From Promethearchaeota archaeon (lineage in GTDB: Archaea; Asgardarchaeota; Lokiarchaeia; Sigyniarchaeales; SOKP01), in the NCBI GenBank assembly GCA_030599585.1, contig JAUVNS010000002.1:224001-288000 (forward strand): a stretch of 64,000 nt of DNA, in the 5' to 3' direction. Under the pieces are notes generated by a model. It was not told the DNA's origin and did no database searches. It saw nothing but the letters and a program-made list of their open reading frames with translations. How positions within the stretch are numbered: position 1 is the first letter of the stretch; every line of letters begins with the position of its first letter. Position numbers and translations under genes: made by a program. This document shows positions 58,243-64,000 of this stretch, piece by piece.

Positions 58243-59175
58243 ATTAAGAAGATCGCTTTTATGGGGCTTGATTTTGCGGGTAAAACGAGTATAATTACAG
58301 CTATATCTAAAAAATTCGGTTTTGAAGAGGATATATTTAAATTAATGCCGACACGTAAAATAGCTAGAGATGCATTTAAATTTTTAGGTATAGAGTTTAT
58401 TCGGATGGACTTCGGGGGTCAGTTGCAATATCGCGAGGAATATTTGAAAAATCCAACAAAATATATTAGCGGAACAGATTTACTTTTCTATGTTATTGAT
58501 GCACAGGATTACGACCGCTACGTTGAAACTATCGATTATCTTGATAAGATTTTACTTTTTTTAAAGGAAAATCAGGAATATCCCCCCTTATGTATCCTTT
58601 TTCACAAGTTCGATCCTCAACTCACAAAAGAGAAAGTTATAAACCAGAGAGTATTGACGATTAAGCACGCATTAATCAGATATAGTAATGATTTTGACAT
58701 ATTTTTCTTTGAAACTTCGATTTACGATATCAAATCAATCATGGACGCGTTCTCTTCAGGTTTATCTTTACTATTTGAAAAAATGGAAATGGTATCTCGT
58801 TTATTTTCTAGAATTAGTAAGAATTATAATTCTATCATGATAGCGTTGTTTGATGCTAAGGGTATAACAATTGGAGAATATTACCGTCCACATCTACATT
58901 TAACAGAAAAAATCAGGATCTACGATAAATATTTAGAAGTTCAAAAAAAAATAATCGCAGAGAATAGGACTTTACTTGAGTTCTCAGATAAATTTGAAGA
59001 TGGCAGTCGCTATTCTGGGTTAGTGGAAATTTTAAAGTTTGGGAATTTGGATTTTTATTTGTTATTTATTATTGAAGAGGATGAGGAAGACTTAGAGAAA
59101 ACTGTAGAAGTTTTAAACAAGCTGGAATCTGCTAAGGCTCAAATGGAAACTTTGATTCTTCAATTAATACAATAA
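58243..59175 (+). CDS. Arf/Rag-like small GTPase fused to C-terminal alpha/beta (roadblock/longin-like) domain; probable non-AUG start
   Basis: (I)KKIAFMGLDFAGKTS, MPT, DFGGQ, HKFD, ETS; ~130-aa C-terminal domain. Confidence 0.8.
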   Translation: MKKIAFMGLDFAGKTSIITAISKKFGFEEDIFKLMPTRKIARDAFKFLGIEFIRMDFGGQLQYREEYLKNPTKYISGTDLLFYVIDAQDYDRYVETIDYLDKILLFLKENQEYPPLCILFHKFDPQLTKEKVINQRVLTIKHALIRYSNDFDIFFFETSIYDIKSIMDAFSSGLSLLFEKMEMVSRLFSRISKNYNSIMIALFDAKGITIGEYYRPHLHLTEKIRIYDKYLEVQKKIIAENRTLLEFSDKFEDGSRYSGLVEILKFGNLDFYLLFIIEEDEEDLEKTVEVLNKLESAKAQMETLILQLIQ

Positions 59176-59334
59176 CATTAACAATTGCTATTTTATTCCT
59201 TTAACAACTATTTTCTCTAAGATATTCTTGTTTAAATCATCAAGAGTATAATAGATATCTCTGTAAATATCACCTAGAACAATGATATAAGACGGCAATG
59301 TATCTTTTTTGTAATTAATATCGTGCTATAATAA

Positions 59335-59438
59335 CGCAGACGGAGGGATTCGAACCCCCGAGCGCTCACGCGCACCGGCTTTAATGGTAATTATTCTTAC
59401 TTTCGAAGCCGGCGTCTTACCAGCTAGGCTACATCTGC
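59335..59438 (-). tRNA. tRNA-Ser(CGA) with 21-nt intron at 37/38 (intron 59381-59401)
   Basis: Acceptor GCAGATG/CGTCTGC+G, anticodon stem CCGGC/GCCGG, long variable arm, GGTTCGAATCC T-loop; no encoded CCA. Confidence 0.92.
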
Positions 59439-59572
59439 TTTAAAAAATGAATCTTAATTGGATTAGTTCAGAGAGATATAAATTTTTTTCTAATATATTA
59501 TACCTTGGAAAATTGAAAATATAACGAGTAGTTTAGAGGTTTTTAAAGTGGGACAATCTAAATCTAATAAAT

Positions 59573-59881
59573 TTAAGAATTTGGAATGTATATTTTCAAA
59601 TTTAGATTAGGATTTAATAATTTTATTAATCCTTCTTCTTCATATTGCTTTAATAACACATTTACGGTCGAAATTCTTAAATCATACTTAAGAGCTATGT
59701 CAGAAGCCAATATTGATTTTCTTTTAGGAAGGGATTCTCTAATTTCTTTTTCTATAGATTTGGGAATAAAAGCATCGCGTTCTACGATAGTTATTTGCTT
59801 TGTTCTTCCATACTTTCTTCTTAAATTAAGAGTTGCCTTTCGTACTAGTAACTTTTCTTCCTTTTCGGACACTATTATCAC
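59573..59881 (-). CDS. Ribosomal protein eS25-like
   Basis: Basic N-terminus plus wHTH: ILASDIALKYDLRISTVNVLLKQYEEEGLIK. Confidence 0.65.
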   Translation of the reverse strand: MIIVSEKEEKLLVRKATLNLRRKYGRTKQITIVERDAFIPKSIEKEIRESLPKRKSILASDIALKYDLRISTVNVLLKQYEEEGLIKLLNPNLNLKIYIPNS

Positions 59882-60024
59882 TATATATAAAAATTAAAAT
59901 GTCAATAATTAAAGCTAATTGTTTTTTAAAATACTTAAAATCTAATAAAATTTTTGATTTAATAACCATTTTAAGAAATCTCTATTATTCTACATAAAAA
60001 AGCAATAATGAAGGCAAAGTCATT

Positions 60025-60660
60025 TTGAACAAAGAGTATTCATTTAATATCAAGCGAAAGAGACCTGAAGATTTATTCAAGAATGTTTCAGATTACTTTA
60101 ATGCAGAAACCCTTACAAATTATGCGGAATCAAAATCTATAATGCGAACGCAAAAAAAAATAGCAATTCGAGCGTTAGAGTTACTAGAACTTCAGAAGAA
60201 TCATTGTTTGATACTTGATGCAGGTTGCGGTCCAGGATTTGCGGCCTTTTATTTAAACCAATTAGGACACAAGACGGTAGCACTTGATTTCATATTAGAT
60301 TTTCTCAAATTTTACGATATTACAGATTTAAATCCAATTCTTGCAGATATGTCTTATACTCCATTCCAACCCAAAATATTTGACGCAATAATTTCCATTT
60401 CGGCTTTACAATGGATTTTTAAAGAAGTTGGTAATAAGATTATGCGTTCAAATCTAATTAGCTTATTTAGATCGTTCTATAATATTTTAAAGCCGAATTC
60501 GAGGGCTGTTATTCAATTTTACCCCAAAAGTAATGTTGTAATGGAAAATATTGGCAAAATTATTAGAGAAACTACTCAATTTAGCGGTACTTTTATTATC
60601 GATAACCCAAATAATCCAAAAAAAAGAAAGATATTTTTGTTATTAGAAAAAAAAATCTAA
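60025..60660 (+). CDS. Bud23/WBSCR22-like SSU rRNA m7G methyltransferase
   Basis: RPED, RALELL, ILDAGCGPG, FDAIISISALQW, AVIQFYPK, FSG..IID.P...K.RK.FL.L follow the Bud23 motif order. Confidence 0.8.
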   Translation: MNKEYSFNIKRKRPEDLFKNVSDYFNAETLTNYAESKSIMRTQKKIAIRALELLELQKNHCLILDAGCGPGFAAFYLNQLGHKTVALDFILDFLKFYDITDLNPILADMSYTPFQPKIFDAIISISALQWIFKEVGNKIMRSNLISLFRSFYNILKPNSRAVIQFYPKSNVVMENIGKIIRETTQFSGTFIIDNPNNPKKRKIFLLLEKKI

Positions 60661-60896
60661 TCACTTTCTTCAATATTCATTAATCTTTATGTGTTACTAC
60701 TATTTACAGAGTGTATGATTATGCTAAATATTATTTATCATAAAAATTATTAAATTATTCATTATTAATGGAAAACTAAACTTCAAGTTAGCTAAAATTT
60801 AAATAAATATAAAATAACTATTTTTTAAAAAAAATCTTTTTATTTTAAATAATATAGATTTAATCTAAAAAAAATATAACAATATTGGAATAAATT

Positions 60897-63800
60897 ATGA
60901 AAAAAATATCTTATTTCACAACAAAAAAATCGAAGAAAACAATCTTACTACTATTACTTGTTAGTTCAATTACTTTTCTATCTATTTTTTCAAACCATTT
61001 TAATAATCCAGGGTTTTATAACTCTGATCCTACAATTGAAAATGACAATATGTATAATCGAATTCCACAATCTAGTGATATTGGTAATGACGAGTGGTGG
61101 AATGTTGATTTTGAATATAGAACTCTTTTAAACATTACAAATCTCGGTTCTGATGTGTTTATTGATAATATCGGTGTTTCAATTAATTTTAATTACTCTA
61201 AATTAGTAAATGAAGGAAAGATGAATTCAAGCCTAAAAGATTTAAGAATAATTGAAAACGGTATTTTAAGGAATTATTACATACAAAAAGATTATCCTGT
61301 TGTAGGAAACGCAACCATTTGGTTTAAATGCAATGTTTCTGCTGAAGTTAGTGATTATGACACCTATATGTATTATGGAAATAATTCTGTTGACTTTGCC
61401 AATAAATATCTATTGGAACAGAACCCTATGGGGGTTATGTGGTTTAGCTTTGATGAAGGAATAGGAAATACTGTGACGGATTCAAATGATGGTGGAGGAT
61501 ATACAGTGACAAATGGAGCAAATTGGGTTTCTGGAAAAGTAGGCTCATATTGTCTTGATTTTCAACACGCTCAAGGCGATTGGATAAATCTTGGAGATCT
61601 TTCAAAACTTAAAATTACAGGAAATCAAACTATAGCTATGTGGATGGCTCCAGATACTTTATATAATCGTCAAAATCCATATGGAAAAGCTTATGGTGGA
61701 GAAGGTACTATAACTTTAGAAACTTCTGGTTCATTAAGTTATTATTATGGGCAAGGAGGGGGAAATACCAATCCATATCAAGGTTTTGGTTCAGGATCCG
61801 GGACAGTAAGTACTGGCGTCTGGCAACATGTAGCAATAGTTCGTGATCTAACTAATAATCAACTCTATTGGTATAAGGATGGAAATATTCAAAGTTCAGG
61901 AGCAGCAATTTATAGCCCTGCGTCGATATCTACTTTATCTGCAACAATTGGAGATAATTATGTCAATTATTTTGATGGTCGACTAGATGATATAAGAATT
62001 TTCGATAGAGCTCTTTCATATGATGATATGCAATGGATATATAACTTTAATTACTCCATTGATGCCTCTTTATTACAGGAAAATGAACAGGGCGCAAAAG
62101 TAGATATAGTTGTTAGGGATGTTGACGGAAGAGCTATTCCTAATGCAACAGTCTTTTTGCATAACGAAACCAGCATACTATATAATAAAACAACAAATCA
62201 CGTTGGAGTTGCTTCCTTTTCCATTATTCCTTATGATTTTTATAATATCACTGTTAATTTTTCATTATCTTTAGGTGCAGAAGCGATTGTATATAATAGC
62301 AGTATCACCGGCGAAATCATTGAATTTAAGGGATTACAGGAGACTAAGAATTTATATGTCAACCTTACAACTATAGATTTTGAAATAGATGATTATGATG
62401 AAGATCCTATGAATTTAGGACATGTAAATATAAGTTTAACCCCAAGTGGACAAGTTATAGAAACATTGACCCTTGATTCAGATGGGAAAGCAACTTTTCA
62501 ATGGTTGAATGGAAGTACCTATTATTACAAAGTGTTTTACGATAATGTCGAATATTTCAAACAATATACCTTATTAAACTCTAGTTCTATAGAACGGAAA
62601 GATTTATTCAATGAAACAATAATACTAGCAAATCAAACAGCTTCAGCTTTAGGAAATAATTTTATTATTGATGAAAAAGTGTATGGTTATGAATCGAGTC
62701 AAGGCTCCATAGGTAAAACTAGAATTGTCAAAGCAAATATTATACTTAGAAATATGACAGATTACATGACTGCTTTAAGCGTTTATTATGTTGATTCTCA
62801 AGGCGGTTATGAAGGTACGGATCATCTAATCTATAATAAAGATTATTCAGGTAATATCGAAGAGGATGATATACAACTATTTGTGTCTGATAATTATTCA
62901 GCCTATGGGCTAAGAATAATTGTTCAAGGATACGATGCCTCCCACATAAGTAACGGCACTATTACGGTAAATATGACTCAAACGACACATCAATATATTA
63001 AAACAGATATGAGTAAGATGTCAATTAAAGTAATTGATCAAAGTGCTGGCCACCCCCCTATCTCTGGAGTGTTTGTGCATATATACAATGGATCAACCAA
63101 AAATTCTAATTCTGTTGTAAATTTAACTACTTCTTCATACGGTTATGCTTATGACGATACATTCAACATGTCATTTTGGTATATTCAAGATGTTTATAAC
63201 TTTACATTTGAATTTTTCAGCGATATAAAAACATTTGATGTTAATTATACGGATCCTGTGCAATGGTATGCCACAAATGTAGAAGTATACAACTATACCC
63301 TCTATCAAGCATCAACAATTTTTATAGAGCTAAAAATTGATACGAGCAATTTTATGACCAATTTTTCCTATTATCAGGGGGATTTTGATGCAATATGGGG
63401 AGAAAACATTTCTTACCAGATTAATTTCACATATACTACTAATGGTATTAATTGGATTGATTTAACTGATCCAGATGAAGTTTTATGTGAGGTTTATTTA
63501 TGGAGTGCACAACCACAGTTGCTTTATTCAATGGATATGGTTCATCAAGGTAACGGTAATTTCGCAATAACAATAAATTCAAGCATTTTTTCCGCTGGAA
63601 CTGATAGTGTTTCATATATCGTAAAGATCTCAGGTCTTAAGAAAGGGTATAGCGATCCATTTCCTGTATATTTTCCTATAACTATAAACACACTTCCTAC
63701 GGCTTTAACTTTCCATAACTACTCGAATCCAACTCAAATTCTATCTCAGTTTTCAGAGTATTATAATGAAGTTTTTAATATAACAGTAAAGTATCGAGAT

Positions 63801-64000
63801 ACAGATAATGACAATCCCTTGTATGGAGTTGACATTACATACGTATGGGATTATGGGTTTGGAGCTGTATTACAAGACCCAAGAATGGGTTATGAGCAGT
63901 ACTATACAATTGAAATTAATTCGTCATTGGTAAGCAATACGGGATTATATAAATTTTATTTTTCAGCTGAACTAGAGAATCACACCAAGATTGATAATTT
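60897..64000 (+). CDS. Large secreted/surface protein with DUF2341-like, LamG/ConA-like and Ig/carboxypeptidase-regulatory-like domains (runs off window end)
   Basis: ATG 60897; signal peptide; WWNVDFEYR...DLRI...IWFK...YMYYGN; WFSFDEG...WQHVAIV...YFDGRLDDIRIFDRALS; many sequons; not in ORF track. Confidence 0.8.
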   Translation, partial: MKKISYFTTKKSKKTILLLLLVSSITFLSIFSNHFNNPGFYNSDPTIENDNMYNRIPQSSDIGNDEWWNVDFEYRTLLNITNLGSDVFIDNIGVSINFNYSKLVNEGKMNSSLKDLRIIENGILRNYYIQKDYPVVGNATIWFKCNVSAEVSDYDTYMYYGNNSVDFANKYLLEQNPMGVMWFSFDEGIGNTVTDSNDGGGYTVTNGANWVSGKVGSYCLDFQHAQGDWINLGDLSKLKITGNQTIAMWMAPDTLYNRQNPYGKAYGGEGTITLETSGSLSYYYGQGGGNTNPYQGFGSGSGTVSTGVWQHVAIVRDLTNNQLYWYKDGNIQSSGAAIYSPASISTLSATIGDNYVNYFDGRLDDIRIFDRALSYDDMQWIYNFNYSIDASLLQENEQGAKVDIVVRDVDGRAIPNATVFLHNETSILYNKTTNHVGVASFSIIPYDFYNITVNFSLSLGAEAIVYNSSITGEIIEFKGLQETKNLYVNLTTIDFEIDDYDEDPMNLGHVNISLTPSGQVIETLTLDSDGKATFQWLNGSTYYYKVFYDNVEYFKQYTLLNSSSIERKDLFNETIILANQTASALGNNFIIDEKVYGYESSQGSIGKTRIVKANIILRNMTDYMTALSVYYVDSQGGYEGTDHLIYNKDYSGNIEEDDIQLFVSDNYSAYGLRIIVQGYDASHISNGTITVNMTQTTHQYIKTDMSKMSIKVIDQSAGHPPISGVFVHIYNGSTKNSNSVVNLTTSSYGYAYDDTFNMSFWYIQDVYNFTFEFFSDIKTFDVNYTDPVQWYATNVEVYNYTLYQASTIFIELKIDTSNFMTNFSYYQGDFDAIWGENISYQINFTYTTNGINWIDLTDPDEVLCEVYLWSAQPQLLYSMDMVHQGNGNFAITINSSIFSAGTDSVSYIVKISGLKKGYSDPFPVYFPITINTLPTALTFHNYSNPTQILSQFSEYYNEVFNITVKYRDTDNDNPLYGVDITYVWDYGFGAVLQDPRMGYEQYYTIEINSSLVSNTGLYKFYFSAELENHTKIDN

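Noticed and set aside
59188-59326. Start-less ~45-codon open frame right after the tRNA 3' end as an integrated-element remnant
   Set aside because: No integrase, no duplicated tRNA 3' end seen, no recognisable homology
59335-59438. tRNA-Sec, given long variable arm and nearby selenoproteins
   Set aside because: Anticodon is CGA and the acceptor stem is 7 bp; it is tRNA-Ser
1248-59897. Numerous short antisense or overlapping ORFs in the track (e.g. 1454-1702, 5765-6166, 20787-21209, 46083-46430, 59586-59897)
   Set aside because: Shadows of well-supported genes on the opposite strand or in another frame
1-64000. CRISPR arrays, rRNA genes, transposases, proviral genes
   Set aside because: No regularly spaced repeat-spacer array, rRNA-like tract or mobile-element protein motif was seen by eye

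Overview
AT-rich archaeal chromosomal segment, very probably Asgard (Lokiarchaeia-like). Supporting signs are small Ras/Rab/Arf-type GTPases, an eS25-like protein, a Bud23-like methyltransferase, a tailed archaeal histone, the S13-S4-S11 cluster and selenoprotein genes. It holds about 60 complete CDS, two edge-truncated CDS and one intron-containing tRNA-Ser(CGA); no CRISPR array, rRNA or transposase was seen. Several things are missed or broken by the ORF track. (1) A selenoprotein operon hdrA (3 in-frame UGA) - vhuD/mvhD (2 in-frame UGA) - frhB-like, with one K-turn-containing, eukaryote-SECIS-like hairpin overlapping the vhuD stop; UGA is almost absent as a true stop in this window. (2) A ribbon-helix-helix gene interrupted by a 32-nt palindromic insert bounded by GAA repeats. 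(3) An exact 31-nt copy of trmB coding sequence sitting in a stem-flanked intergenic position, a candidate antisense RNA. (4) Three conserved genes (rps4 and two small GTPases) that can only start at ATC/ATA/ATT-type codons. (5) A cold-shock-domain/DEAD-box fusion gene flanked by a duplicated aminotransferase 3' end. All product calls come from motif recognition by eye; no database searches were run.
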